A stretch of DNA of 64,000 nucleotides from an uncultured Planctomycetota bacterium (GTDB lineage Bacteria > Planctomycetota > Planctomycetia > Isosphaerales > Isosphaeraceae), in the NCBI GenBank assembly GCA_963823665.1, contig CAWGMQ010000005.1:1472001-1536000 (forward strand), given 5' to 3'. Below, one piece after another: positions 52,766 through 64,000 of this stretch. Numbering within the stretch: the stretch's first letter is position 1; each line of letters begins with the position of its first letter. Position numbers and translations under genes: made by a program. The notes under the pieces are model-generated. The model made no database searches and was not told the origin of the DNA. It saw nothing but the letters and a program-made list of their open reading frames with translations.

Positions 52766-55700
52766 TCATTTCTGTGCCGCCCCGCGTTCCTGGTTTTCGG
52801 GACCACTTCGGAAACCTGTGGACTGAATCAGTGCTACCGCCTCGCGGCGCAGGACGTGCGCTTCCAGCCAGTTGTGAAAATGCAGCCCTAGCTCCTCTTC
52901 AGCGCTGGCTGGCATCCCATCACCGTACTGATCGAGCCACGCCCGGGCCTTCTCCAGCCAGCGACGCGCCTCCTCGGCCTTCCCGAGGCGCTGATTGGTC
53001 AGGGCCAGCCACAGCCAGTTGAGCACCGCACGGCCCGGCCTGGAGTCGGCCTGGAGGCTCTGCTCGAAGAAGGGGACCGCCTGCTGGAACCGGCCGGCGC
53101 GGTAAGCCAGGGCTCCTTGCTCGTTCAGCGACCAGAACGCTCGACCGGAGTTCTTGAGTTCGTTCTCGGCCAGCCGGCCGGGTAGCGAGACATCCGCAAC
53201 GGCGTCCGGGGCCAGCGTGCACGCGCGGACCATGATGTACGACCGCGGCCCCTTGTCCTTGCCACACCGGTCCACAAGGTGGGCACACGCCTTCACGTAG
53301 CCCGGGCGATCGCCAGACAGCAGCAACAAGGCAGCGTACTCAAACCAGAAGTCGCCCTCGTCCGCGGGGACGTGTTTCAGGGCCCGCGCGTAACAGTCGG
53401 CGGCCTTGGCCCAGTCTCGGCGTGCGGCGACCACACGGCCCAGCCCCAGCGGGTCCACGGCGACTTGCGCCGCCACGTCCGCCCAGAGGCGCTGCCAGTG
53501 CTCACGCTCGGCTTCGGGCAACTTCGCGAGCGCATCCCGGTCACGCACGGTGGCGAGAGCGGGATCCGTTTGCCAGGTAGAGAGCGACCACTCCACCGCC
53601 TTACCGTCCTTGAGCAGCTCGGCCGTCAGTTCGATATTGGCCCGCAGCCAGTCGAGAGCCCGCCCGCGCAGGCCGACTCGTTCCGCCTCGTCAACTCTTC
53701 GCTGCCGATTGTCATCGCCGCCCGCAGCCCGGACTGCGGCGCAGACGGCGTCGTATCGGCAGGAGAAGAGCCAGCGTCGGGCGACAGCGAGGTTGGGGTC
53801 GCGCCCGACAACTTGCTCGAAGTGGCCGATGGCCTCATCCAGCCGGCCCTTGTCCCGCAGGACGAGCCCGAGGCTCAAGTGGGCCTGGACAGACTTGGGG
53901 TCGAGCCGGATGGCTTGTTCGTAGTGGCTCATGCCCTCGTCCGGCCGACCCTTCTGGACCAAAGCAACCCCGAGGTAGATGTGCGGAACAGCCGAGTTCG
54001 GGTCGAGGCGGACGGCTTTCTGAAGATGGTCGATGGCTTCATCCAGCCGGCCCTTGCGGCGTAGAGCATTGCCGAGTTCATTGCGTGCCCTGGGTGAGTT
54101 AGGCTCGAGGCGGACGGCTTCCAGAAGATGATCGATCGCCTCATCAAGCCGGCCCTTGTCCCGCAGGACAATTCCAAGGTTGGAGTGAGCGAGCGCTAGC
54201 TTCGGATCGAGGCGGATGGCGACCTGAAATTGGTCGATGGCATCGTCCGGCCGGCCCTTGGCGTTCAGAGCAGCGCCCAAGGTGGTGTGTGCCCGGGCAG
54301 ACTCCTTCGGGTCGAGCCGGATGGCTTCCTCGCAATGGCTGATGGCATCGTCGAGCCGGCCCTTGATGTACAGAGCCTCGCCCAGGCCGGTGTGTGCCCT
54401 GGCCGACCCACTCGGATCCAGCCGCGTGGCTTCCTGAAATTCGTCGATGGCCTCGTCCAGCCGGCCCTTCATTCGCAGGGCAGACGCGAGGCTCGTGTGT
54501 GTTTCGGCCGACCGCTGTGGGCGCAGCCGGATCGCTTCGCGGAAATGGTCGATGGCCTCGTCCAGCCGGCCCTTCGTTCCCAGGGCAGAGCCGAGGTCAT
54601 GATGGGCCGCGGCATAGTCGGGGGCGATGCTCAGGGCTTGCTGAATATAGCCGGTGGCCTCGTCCACACGTCCCATGAGAAAAAGGGAGGCGCCAACGCC
54701 GCGGTAGGCCGGGGCGGCATCGGGTCGAACCGCCATCGCCGCACGGAAATAGCCGAGCGCTTCGTCGCTCCGCCCAGACCCCCAGAAGGCCCAGCCCAAC
54801 TGAAAGTTGAGCCAGAAGTCCTGCGGGTGACGCGCATGCGCTGCGGTCAGCAGCGGCACGGCTTCTTGGTGGTTCTGGTGCAGAATCCTGCCCAGGGTGA
54901 GCGCCAACTGCGCGGATAGCTCACCATCTCGCGCCTTCTCAACGAGTCTTGCCTCCTGGACGAGCTTCGTCAATTCGGGACCGTTCCCCCACAACTCTGG
55001 CTGGCGCAGCCGGTCGCGTAGGGTGTGTGGGTCTGTCGCGCGGGCGACGGCGAGCAGCCACCGCCGCCGCGCCGGATCCGCGGTGGCGCCGGCCCAGTCG
55101 TCGAGGGCGGCGATGATGTCCGCGCGCACCGCGGAGTCCCGCACCCGAGCCGCCACCGCCGCGCTGTCGTCTCCCGGCTGGCCCAGCCCCGCGTTCGCGA
55201 AAGCCGCTGCGTAGAGCGGATCGGCCCAGCCGACCTCGAACCTTCCTTTCACGGGGGAATTCGTCTGTAGGCGCGCATTGTCCAATATCTCAACCAATTC
55301 CAGGTCGGCCCGCGCCTGATCGACCTGCCTGCGCAAGTCGTCCGGCCCCGCCGGTTGCAGCCGCTGCCGGGCCTGCTCCAGCAGCTTCCGCGCTTCGCGG
55401 AAGTGGAACCCTTTGCGCAGATTCGCGGCCTGATCAACGTCCGTGCTGACCTGGTTGCGCAGGTGGGCCGCATCGGCACGCCGCTCGGCACGTTGCTGGA
55501 GGAACGATACCCCACCAGCGAGAGTCAGTCCGATTAGCGCCAGGCGCTGTTGCCAACAGCGCGGCGGCCGGCGGGTTGCGCCGGCCCCAGCGCCATAATC
55601 GTTCTGCATGGCCGACGGGCCTTGCCTCGATCGGCCGTCCCTCGCCGAAGCGCTGTAGGTCGTCGGCCAGCGCCCTTGAGCTGACGTAGCGACGCCCCGG

Positions 55701-56675
55701 CTCCTTGGACAGGCATTTCAGGCAAATCGTCTCGAGGTCGCGCGGTACTTTCGGGTTCAGTCGCGAGGGGGAGACGGGCTCCTCATGGATCACCTGCCGC
55801 TCCGTTTCCGAACCCGTCTCGCCCCGGAACGGTGGCCTCCCGGTGAGCATCTCATACAGCAGAGCGCCCAGGGCGTAGATATCCGTCGCCGGCCCGATCG
55901 TGCCCGCGTTCCCGATCACCTGCTCGGGGGCCATGTAGCTGGGAGTCCCGATCCGTGCACCGCTCATGGTAAGACCCGGCTCGCCGTCGAAGTGCCGCGC
56001 CACCCCGAAATCGGCGACCTTGGGTGTGCCCTCAGCCGTGAGCAGGATGTTGGCCGGCTTCAGATCGCGGTGCACGATCCCGCCCCGGTGCGCCACCTGC
56101 ACCGCCTCGGCCAGCGTGGCCACCAGCGTGGCCGCCTGGTGGGCCGGCTGCGGCGTGCCGGCCAGGGCCTGGGCCAGGCTGCCCCCCTCGAGCAGCTCCA
56201 TGGTGAAGTACGGCCACCCCTGGTGGTCTCCCACGTCGTGGACCTGCACGATGTTGGCGTGGTGCAGGCTGGCCGCCGCTTCCGCTTCGCGCTGGAACCG
56301 CGCAAGCTCGTGCGGCCCGGCGTAGGCGCCGGTGATCAGCATCTTGAGGGCGACGAGGCGTTTGAGCCGGAGTTGCCGGGCCTTAAAGACCAGACCCATG
56401 CCCCCGCGCCCGAGAAGGGCCTCCACCTCATAGCCCGGGATCTGCGGCAGCTCATCGCCCGAATGGCACGGAACGCGGGTCTCGGCGCCCGGGCCGGCGG
56501 CGGGCCCCGGGACCAGAAACAGTGCATGGAGGTCCGCCTCGACTGCGCACATCTGTAGCCAGCGCCGGCGGACCTCGGGCAGCAGCTCGGGGCAGGCGGC
56601 GCAGACCTGCTCCGGAGTACACCCGCAGTCGCAGAGCTCGTCGAGTAGCTGTTCCACCTGCAAATCGACAGCCAT
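52766..56675 (-). CDS. Ser/Thr protein kinase with a long TPR array, frameshifted near 55543
   Basis: LGRGGMGLV, VALKML, HRDLKPAN, DFGVAR, GTPSYMAPEQ (56675-55434 frame); TPR C-half in the 55609-52766 frame; start MAVDLQ. Confidence 0.88.
53790..54800 (-). repeat. Array of ~9-10 TPR units (102-105 nt), LG.AL..KGRLDEAIDHF.EA.RLDP
   Basis: Recurring GATGGCCTCRTCCAGCCGGCCCTT on the + strand. Confidence 0.85.
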
Positions 56676-56982
56676 GACTGGGCTCCTCGAGGCGGCTGTG
56701 TGCCAGGACTCCGAAAGAGAACCTACTTCCTGCCGGGAAATGCTACTCATCTAAGCGTCGGGCCAGGTCATCGAATTTCCACCAGTGGCTGTAATGGTTG
56801 GACAGGACGAACACCGGGCGCGCGGTGCGGTCGAGTTCGGCGCATGCCGCTGGTTGGTGCTCAGCTTGAACAGGGGCGGCCAGCCGTGGGCTGATGAAAC
56901 GCGGGCCGTATTGGCGAATTTCGAGGTGCACAATTCGGCGTTTTCTGTTGCGCGACTGTTTTGTGATGGCGGCCGCCGGGAC

Positions 56983-57017
56983 GGCCCCCCCCTTGCCCCC
57001 CCTTCTAAAGGGGGGGA
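56983..57017. repeat. CCCCCCTT..AAGGGGGG hairpin (REP-like)
   Basis: GGCCCCCCCCTTGCCCCCCCTTCTAAAGGGGGGGA. Confidence 0.55.
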
Positions 57018-57272
57018 AACTTGGCGCAAGATTTCCGCCGCGAAATCTCCGGTCCCTCCGGTGCGTATTCTCAACGGCCCGGGACAGCCGGACCGAGGCC
57101 CTTGGCCGCCCGAGGAGCGATCCAGCCACGAACGGCACCGCGGCGTTCAGAGGCGTTCGCGCTCTCATGGTGGCGTCTCCGCACGCTGTGCGACGGTGTG
57201 GTTTCTCTGGATATTTTCAGGCATCATCACGCCCAATTCCAGGTGGTCGCCCCGGACCGCACCCTCCAAAGC

Positions 57273-57514
57273 CTTGAGGAGCTCATCGCCTTTTATCGAC
57301 GGGGATTGGTGCAGAAAGCAGGCGCATGGAAGGAAGCAGTGGCGCGAGGCGTCCGAGCGTCGGTGGACGATGCCGGGGCAGATGCTGATCATGCCGCGTG
57401 GTCTTGCGGACGACCCTGACGCGGTGGTTGTTCGTGCAGACTGGGTTCTCGCGGGCGGGCATCAATCAGATGACGTGTGACGCGAACGAGGTTTTTGGTT
57501 CCTGGCACCTTTTC
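57273..57514 (+). repeat. Copy 2 of the ~240-bp direct repeat
   Basis: Aligns with 46549-46789; encodes ELIAFYRRGLVQKAGAWK / RWTMPGQMLIMPRGLADDP..SDDV*. Confidence 0.85.
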
Positions 57515-57682
57515 TTCAGTCGATCGTAACACAGCCTCACTGTCCTGCCTCGCAAGATGGCAAGAAAGCGACTAGCGCGGCCGCCTTCACCTGGAATCAA
57601 CCCCGTGTCGCGCGCACAATCGAAGTCGCTCGACCTGCCGAAATCGGGCGAGTGAAATCTTGGGGTTCCAGGAGTTATCGCA

Positions 57683-58638
57683 ATGCTTCCCACTCTCTCG
57701 CGCCGCGAGCTCTTCGGTGGCTTGATCGGAACGGGCCTGGCCCTCACAATCTCCCGCGACGGCGCGGCTGATCTTGCGCGGTGCGCAAGTTCACTGTGGA
57801 TCTGGTCTGCGGCAATATCGGCGTCTCCGCGCGGCTTCCGGAAGCCATCGCGCTCGCACACCGATACGGGTTCGAATCAGTCGCGCCTGAAGCTGGGTAC
57901 TTGAAGTCGCTCTCCGAGAATCAACTTTCCCAGCTCCGCGCGGACCTCACGAGCAACAAACTGGTCTGGGGAGCGGCCGGCCTTGCCGTCGACTTCCGCG
58001 GCACAGAGTCGTCGTTCCAGGATGGCCTGCGCGGCTTGGCGGATAATGCCAAGGCGCTCGAGCGCGCCGGCGTCTCGCGCATGGGCACCTGGATCTCGCC
58101 GGGCCACAATGGTCTGACGTATTTGAGCAACTTCGAGCAGCACACTTCCCGATTGCGCGAGATCGCCAAATCGCTCGGGGACCATGGAATCCGGCTCGGG
58201 CTGGAATACGTCGGCCCGAAAACATCGTGGTCCGCGACGAGATACCCCTTCATCCACACGATGGCAGAGATGCGCGAACTGATCGCCGCGATCGACCAGC
58301 CGAATGTCGGCCTGCTACTCGATAGCTGGCACTGGTACACAGCCCACGAAACCGAGGCCGATCTGCTGAGACTCAAGGGCGCCGAAGTCGTGGCCTGCGA
58401 CCTCAACGACGCGCCCGCCGGCATTCGCATCGACGAGCAGAAGGACAATACGCGCGACCTTCCGTGCGCGACCGGGGTCATCGATCTGAAAGCGTTCCTC
58501 AGCGCGCTGGTCAAGATCGGCTACGACGGCCCCGTGCGCGCCGAGCCGTTCAAAGCCGATCTGCGGCGTCTTTCGGCAGACGAGGCCGTGGACCGAACCG
58601 CCAAAGCAATGAAGCGGGCGATCGAGCTTCTTCACTAG
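57683..58638 (+). CDS. Tat-exported sugar phosphate isomerase/epimerase (TIM barrel), frameshifted near 57775
   Basis: LSRRELFGG leader in one frame; GIRLGLEYVGP, NVGLLLDSWHWY, DLNDA, LPCATGVID, GYDGPVRAEPF in the next. Confidence 0.85.
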
Positions 58639-58676
58639 AGGCATGGCGGGATATCGAAATCTCGCGATCCGCGCAG

Positions 58677-59498
58677 TCAGGCTCGCCGTTTGCGCGATTT
58701 GAGCACAGCCGCCGCCCATTCGGCTTGTTCCGGCCTCAAGCGTGGGACTATTGGGTCCTTGCCGTACGCGACCTCACGTGCATAGGGACCGGCCTCATAG
58801 GCTCGCTGAAAGATTTCCTGAAGATCGAGTCGCACGTCCGGATCGCCAGGCAAGAGGGGGATCGCGATCTCGGGAAGCGGATCCGCCAAACCGATCGGAT
58901 AGACGAGGAAATCCTTAGGTCGATCGAAGCGATGGATCGACACGAAATAGTCAAACCGGCCGGCCTTTGCCTCGACCAGTTGCCTGGGAACGGCCGCGGT
59001 GTGCGTTCCGCCCCGGAGCAGGTCGATTTCGACCAGGTGAGTGTCGCTCTCGAGAGTCTCACGCTGCTTGTCCAGGAATTTGGCCCGTCCCGCGTTACCG
59101 GCCTGCTTGTTGGACGGACTCAGGATCTCGATCGAGGTGACGATCTGCACCTCCTTGCCCCGTCGCCGCCGGATATTGACGAATGACTCCTTGAACGGCC
59201 CGTGTTCGACCGTCTCAACCGTTACAACCAAGGGGCCACCCTCGCCGAGCTCGGCGACAGCCCCCCTGCCCTTCGTCCTCGTCCGAGGCTTCCGCGCGGA
59301 ATGGACAACCTGGACGTCGGGCTCGATGAACCTCTGGGAGAACTCCAGCCAGACACGCTGGTCTGACTGAGCATAGTACGGCCTGGGCAAGCTGCCCTGA
59401 AGCGTTTCCTTCATGAGGAAAATAAGGCTGCCATGCAGGTCAGGGAACCAGTCCGGACTCTCCAGGTAGGGGTCCATGCCCGGGAAAGGTGAAGGCAT
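58677..59498 (-). CDS. DUF4058 family protein (probable PD-(D/E)XK fold)
   Basis: MPSPFPGMDPYLE..WFPDLH..EPDV..IEILSPSNK..HLVEIDLLRGG..IPLLPGDPDV.LDLQ. Confidence 0.9.
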   Translation of the reverse strand: MPSPFPGMDPYLESPDWFPDLHGSLIFLMKETLQGSLPRPYYAQSDQRVWLEFSQRFIEPDVQVVHSARKPRTRTKGRGAVAELGEGGPLVVTVETVEHGPFKESFVNIRRRRGKEVQIVTSIEILSPSNKQAGNAGRAKFLDKQRETLESDTHLVEIDLLRGGTHTAAVPRQLVEAKAGRFDYFVSIHRFDRPKDFLVYPIGLADPLPEIAIPLLPGDPDVRLDLQEIFQRAYEAGPYAREVAYGKDPIVPRLRPEQAEWAAAVLKSRKRRA

Positions 59499-59646
59499 CG
59501 CGCGGCTCCGTGTGAGTATCGGTCTGGCGTCATTTTCATTCTCGCCGGGGCCCGGCGCGCGGTCAAGAAATGCCAGGGCTCGACCGACGGCGAACTGTGG
59601 TTGGCAGCTCGCGAGAGAAGCTCGCCGTTTGCTCCGATCCACGTCG

Positions 59647-59820
59647 TCACGGCCGCTTCCAGTCGCCTCGGAACTTGCGGTAGTCGGTCTGCACGTAACC
59701 GATCTCGGCGAGCCGCACCCCGGACGCCTCGTAATCAGCCGGGTCCGCCGGGAGCGAGGTCCCGAGACCGTCCACATATCGGTTGAACATGCAGAAGGCA
59801 GCAGCGATCAGGACCGTATG
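59647..59820 (-). pseudogene. 3' fragment of an AhpD/carboxymuconolactone decarboxylase-like gene
   Basis: HTVLIAAAFCMFNRYVDGLGT..P.DP..Y..G..LAE.GY. Confidence 0.7.
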
Positions 59821-59914
59821 TCGAAATGACCAGCGGCCGTGCGGCGTTTCTCTGCCGCGCGTGTGGGCCGCGAACGGACGGATTTGGGGGCCGTGACAGA
59901 AAGGGTGGGTGTCT

Positions 59915-60084
59915 GGATTCCATATCGGATCGAGCACGGCATCCCGAGGGACCAAGCTTACAACGGGACGATGTACCTGATGGCGGGTCTTCTCATCGTA
60001 GGCCTGATCTGCAACCTGTCCGTCCGCGCCGTCGATGAAAGATACCATCACCAGAAAACCGCGCCTCTTGATCAGCTTGGATAG
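59915..60084 (+). pseudogene. 3' fragment of an OFA-family MFS transporter
   Basis: YRIEHGIPRDQAYNGTMYLMAGLLIVGLICNLSVRAVDERYH. Confidence 0.7.
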
Positions 60085-60125
60085 AGGATTAAACCACGAC
60101 CGAGACTCGAGCCGGAAGGATATCA

Positions 60126-60316
60126 TGGTTCGCACCGAAAAGAAGTCTTCGCCGCTTCTGATCGCGGTATCCTGGATGATCGTGCTCATCCCGCTGGGAT
60201 GGGGAGTCGTTCAAAGCGTGGTCAAGTCGTTGCCGCTGTTCCAGGCGCCGAGCGCTAAAGACCATCAGGCCCCAACGTCGCAGGTCAGGCGGGGCGCGGC
60301 CGATGGCCTCGAGTAG
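60126..60316 (+). CDS. Small membrane protein that typically follows OFA MFS genes
   Basis: SSPLLIAVSWMIVLIPLGWGVVQSVVKSLPLFQ; AAGGA RBS. Confidence 0.6.
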
Positions 60317-60443
60317 GTCTGCGGCGAACACCAGGAGAGTCGCGGTGAACAGGCCGGCGGCCCAGGCGTCGGAGGCGTTCCGCACGGCGGCGATAGCCAC
60401 TCCCATGGTGGCGACCGCATCCAGCAAATGCGTCACGGCAGCT

Positions 60444-60491
60444 CCGGCTCTGCCGGACGGGATTGGTTACTCGCAGGGTTCCAATAGAAGG
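60444..60491 (-). mobile_element. Second, shorter probable group II intron domain I relic
   Basis: CCGGCTCTGCCGGACGGGATTGGTTACTCGCAGGGTTCCAAT, near-identical to 44629-44670. Confidence 0.5.
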
Positions 60492-61036
60492 CCCCGCGGC
60501 GCGACGAGGACCCACGCCGGGGCGACGTCGCTCGGGCGAGAATCGGATCAGGGCGACGGTGGCGCGGAAGCGCACCGTCAAGGGTAAGGCCAGGGGTTAT
60601 CGAAGAATAGGACGGCGGATTCGCCTCGCTGTCCTGCCTCGCAAGATCGGGAAGGACGCGCTCGGTTGTGGCGGGGACATGATTGCCCGGAGTGCAAGTC
60701 GGGCGCGGTGGGCATGGTGGCGATGCGTGATCCCGGCGCAATGCACGTCCTTTCCGCTCCGTATCGAGACGGATCAGAATTTGTGAGGACGACCTTCTTT
60801 CCGATCCAGGAATCGGACCGGACCGTTTCCCGCCAGTCGGTCGGCAGCATGACCGCATTCCCAGCGGCAGGCTCCACGAGAGTGATGACTGCCGCCATCG
60901 ATCACCATCTCCTTTTCAGGCTGTTCGCGATCAAGAACGGGCTGATCGGGCAGGACCTGCTCGTGCTCGCCCTTGCCGGAAATTGGCTGCGAACAATCCA
61001 GCCGTCACCCGCAGTCAGCTGTGTCTTGGTCTTAGC

Positions 61037-61567
61037 CTATGTCGCAGTGCCTGTCGTTTCCGCTTCCCGGGCGATGTTCTGATGATCCATCATCGCCAGG
61101 GCCTGGCGCTCAGCCTCGAATCGCGCAACAACCTGACCGGTGTCCATGCCCGGCTTGATGACCTTGAGCGCGACCCGCCGGCGAACCGGCTGGGTTTGCT
61201 CAGCCATGAACACCGCGCCCATGCCCCCTTCACCGATCTTCTGAAGCAGCTTGTACGGTCCGATCGTTGTTCCCGGCCCTTCGGCAATCGCCGGCCGGTC
61301 CAAGCTAACGGTCAAGCCGCCGTTCGGCTCGGGCGTTTGATCGACCGTGGCATCATGCACGGAACCCGCCGGCGCTGACGGCCCCTTCGCCGCGGATCCG
61401 AGAAACCCACCGGCCTCGTCGTGAGCTTTCAACAGCGATTCCAACTGGCCGCGAAAGGTCGCGTCCGCTCCGCAAGCCTCATCAAGATACGCCGAACGCT
61501 CGGCTCCGGCCGCATGCTCGAGCGCCTCACAGAAGATCGCCTTCAGGTCGGGTTCGGCTGTATTCAT
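61037..61567 (-). pseudogene. Ser/Thr kinase truncated in subdomain IV
   Basis: DLKAIFCEALE..IGPYKLLQKIGEGGMGAV..VALKVIKPGMDT..RFEAERQALAMMDHQNIAR then unrelated sequence and a stop. Confidence 0.85.
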
Positions 61568-61641
61568 GGGAATCACCGGACCTCGGATTCGTTGGGTAGG
61601 GGTCGGTCAGAGCGGGTGGGTCGTTCCCGAGGAACCTCGAA

Positions 61642-64000
61642 TTAGGGCTTCGCCCCCAACTCGAGCAACAACTTCTTGAAGTCCTCTCGCGTACGCAGAA
61701 CGTCGAGGTCTTTGTCCTCTTTCATATGCGCCGCGTCCTTGTAGCCGGCAGCAACGGCTTTCGTGAGGCGGGACATCGCCCGGTCGGCTTCCTCCTCGGC
61801 CAGCCGGGCCGCATCCGCGGCCGGAATCTTCGGGTCTTGCTTGATCACGGCGGCGGTGATGGCGCGGAAACAGGCGGCGTTGTACAGACTTACTGAATCA
61901 GTGCCGGTCAGCTCTTCCCATAGCTCCGCGGCCTGTCGGCAGCCAGCGGCGTTCCTGGCCTTCGCGAAGTGCTGCAACCGGAGGATGATCATTTCAGCTA
62001 AGCTTTGCGCAGCAAGACCCTTGACTACCTGGTCTTGGAACAACGATGGAGGTTCGGTGAGCAACCGGACTGCTTTGTCCAGGTGCCCTGACGCTTCGTC
62101 CCAGCGATCCCGACTTTCCAGCGCTGTCGCCAGACTTTTGGTGAAGTCCGCCAGCCGCCACCGGCGAACACCTGGGTGCGGGTAATCAGTCGGTAACTGG
62201 TCCATGAGCAAAACGGCTTCCCTGAGTGCCAGGATCGCGTCGTCGGGTCGTTTAAGGTCGGCAAGGAGCAGACCGACGGCCTTCTGGTTCCTGGCGAGCA
62301 TGTGTCGAAACCGTACGTTACTTGGGAAATCCTGCATGAGCTGACGCAGCAGACGGCTCGCCTCTTCGCGCAGCGGAAGCCCTTCCGACGGCCGATTCCG
62401 CCTGTGCAGAAAGCCGCCATAATTGAAAAGGCCATTCGCAAGCTGATGTCGTCTCGAGGGATCCTTTGGCTCTGCGTCGAAAAGCTGACGATCGATCGCG
62501 ACGGACTCACGATGGGCTGCTTCTGCTTCTTTCGAGCGCCTGGCGCGGTCAAGTCGGATTGCCGAATTGCCCAAGGCCATGGACAGCGACGTTTGATAGT
62601 CGACCACCTTTGGATGCTCTCGGACCAAATCGCGAAGCTCGCGGATCGCTTCATCGAAGTGGTCTTCTCCAAAGTCCTCACCGTATAGCAAAACGTCGGC
62701 GCAGCAGCGAGCGCGCTTCCGGTTCCTTTGGGAAGTCACTCACCAGTTGCTCGGCCAGTCGTTCCGCCTCGTGATAATCCCGAGTGGCTGTTGCCGTGTC
62801 ATGAACTCGCCACTCAAAATAGGCTAACCGGCTTGTGCTGTTTACTAGTGCCGATCGGAAACCGAAGATTTTCGGCGATTCCGTGGCGAGTTGGGTGTAG
62901 ATGTCCTTCGCTTGGCGGAGAGACTTGACGGTTTCGCCCAGATTCCCCGATTCGAACTGCACCGACGCCAGTTTCATGAAGGTCCGGCCGCTCTCCGCTC
63001 GCGTCGTCGGATCAACTCCCAGTTGAGGCGCGAATTGCTGGTAAAACGGGATCGCCGATTCCAGAAGCCGCTTTCGAAGACTCGTGAAGTCCGTTCGATC
63101 TTTAAGGTCGGCATCGTCGGTGACCCGCGTGAGATAGTCTTCCACGGCTTTCCGAGCCAGCGCAAAGTTCTTGTCGGCTCGGTTTTTCTCGACGATGGCC
63201 CGGTCTCGCTCCGCGCGGGCCTCGTCATCCGCGGCGCGCGCCCGGTCACGGTCTTTAATGGCAACACTCTCGGCCGCGGTCGCGCGCACCGCTTGCCGAA
63301 TCGCGACCGCCGTTCCGACCAACAGAGCCAGCGCAACCGCCGCCGTGGTCAGAACCGCCGCCCGATTCCGATGCGCGAATTTGCGAATCTTGTATACGGT
63401 CGACGGGGGCCTGGCCAGGATGGCCTCGCTGCGCAGGTAGCGTTCGATGTCCTCTGCGAAGTTACCGGGCGTGACGTAGCGACGGTTTCGGTCCTTCTCC
63501 ATCGCCTTCATCACCAACCAGTCCAGATCGCCGGCCAAGAGCTGCACCAGCTTCTTGACGTCCAGTCCACGGTTGCCGGCCAGCACCGTGGCTGAGTCAC
63601 CCATCGAAGATAACCGGGTGCTCGGCCGTGGCGCTTCCTCTTCCCGGATGAGGCGCTGCATCTCTGCGTAGCCTGCTTCGCGCAGTCGCTTGCTCTCGAG
63701 CGGAGTCGTGCCCGTCAGCAACTCGTAAAGCAGCACGCCCAGTGCATAGACGTCGCTGCGCGTGTCGATGTCCAGTCCGCTCATTTCCGCCTGCTCGGGG
63801 CTCATGTAGGCTGGCGTGCCAATCATCTGCCCGTAGGCGGTGAACAACGTCCGCTCGGTCAACTTCTGCACCGTCGCCTTGGCGACGCCGAAGTCAATCA
63901 CCTTCACAACCGGCACCCCATCGTGCAGCGTGACCATGACGTTCGACGGCTTGATATCTCGGTGGATGACCCCTTTGTGATGGGCGTGCTGGATCGCATG
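61642..64000 (-). CDS. Ser/Thr protein kinase with TPRs, 5' end outside window, frameshifted near 62700
   Basis: [40 protein letters not shown]-half ending [23 protein letters not shown]. Confidence 0.88.

Noticed and set aside
46549..57514. Direct repeat pair as diversity-generating retroelement TR/VR
   Set aside because: Differences are not confined to adenines, include indels, and no reverse transcriptase is present.

Overview
GC-rich bacterial DNA with a strong Planctomycetota (Isosphaeraceae/Singulisphaera-like) signature: TIGR02999-type ECF sigma factors paired with Ser/Thr kinase-TPR genes, surface proteins with RRR..LE.R.LL leaders, Tat-exported oxidoreductases and a DUF4058-like gene. 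Core genes are clpX, xylA, glnA, dksA-like/lspA, tRNA-Val(CAC), a PfpI-family gene and a ferritin-like gene. Accessory content includes vapBC and mazEF pairs, an intact IS4-family element inserted in a REP-like hairpin, two probable group II intron 5' relics and many gene fragments (14.8-15.3, 43.8-44.9, 59.6-61.6 kb). The best candidate for an undescribed system is the accessory block at about 45.0-50.5 kb. It holds a translationally coupled RHH-GNAT-XRE operon with its own sigma70-type promoter, then an overlapping pair encoding a cytoplasmic thermolysin/M36-like gluzincin peptidase and a stand-alone ComEC-type metallo-beta-lactamase-fold hydrolase, a plausible protease-gated nuclease or defence module. 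About eleven 1-2 nt frameshifts, one of them in glnA, suggest long-read consensus errors, so most pseudogene calls are provisional. All calls come from motif recognition by eye; no database search was run.
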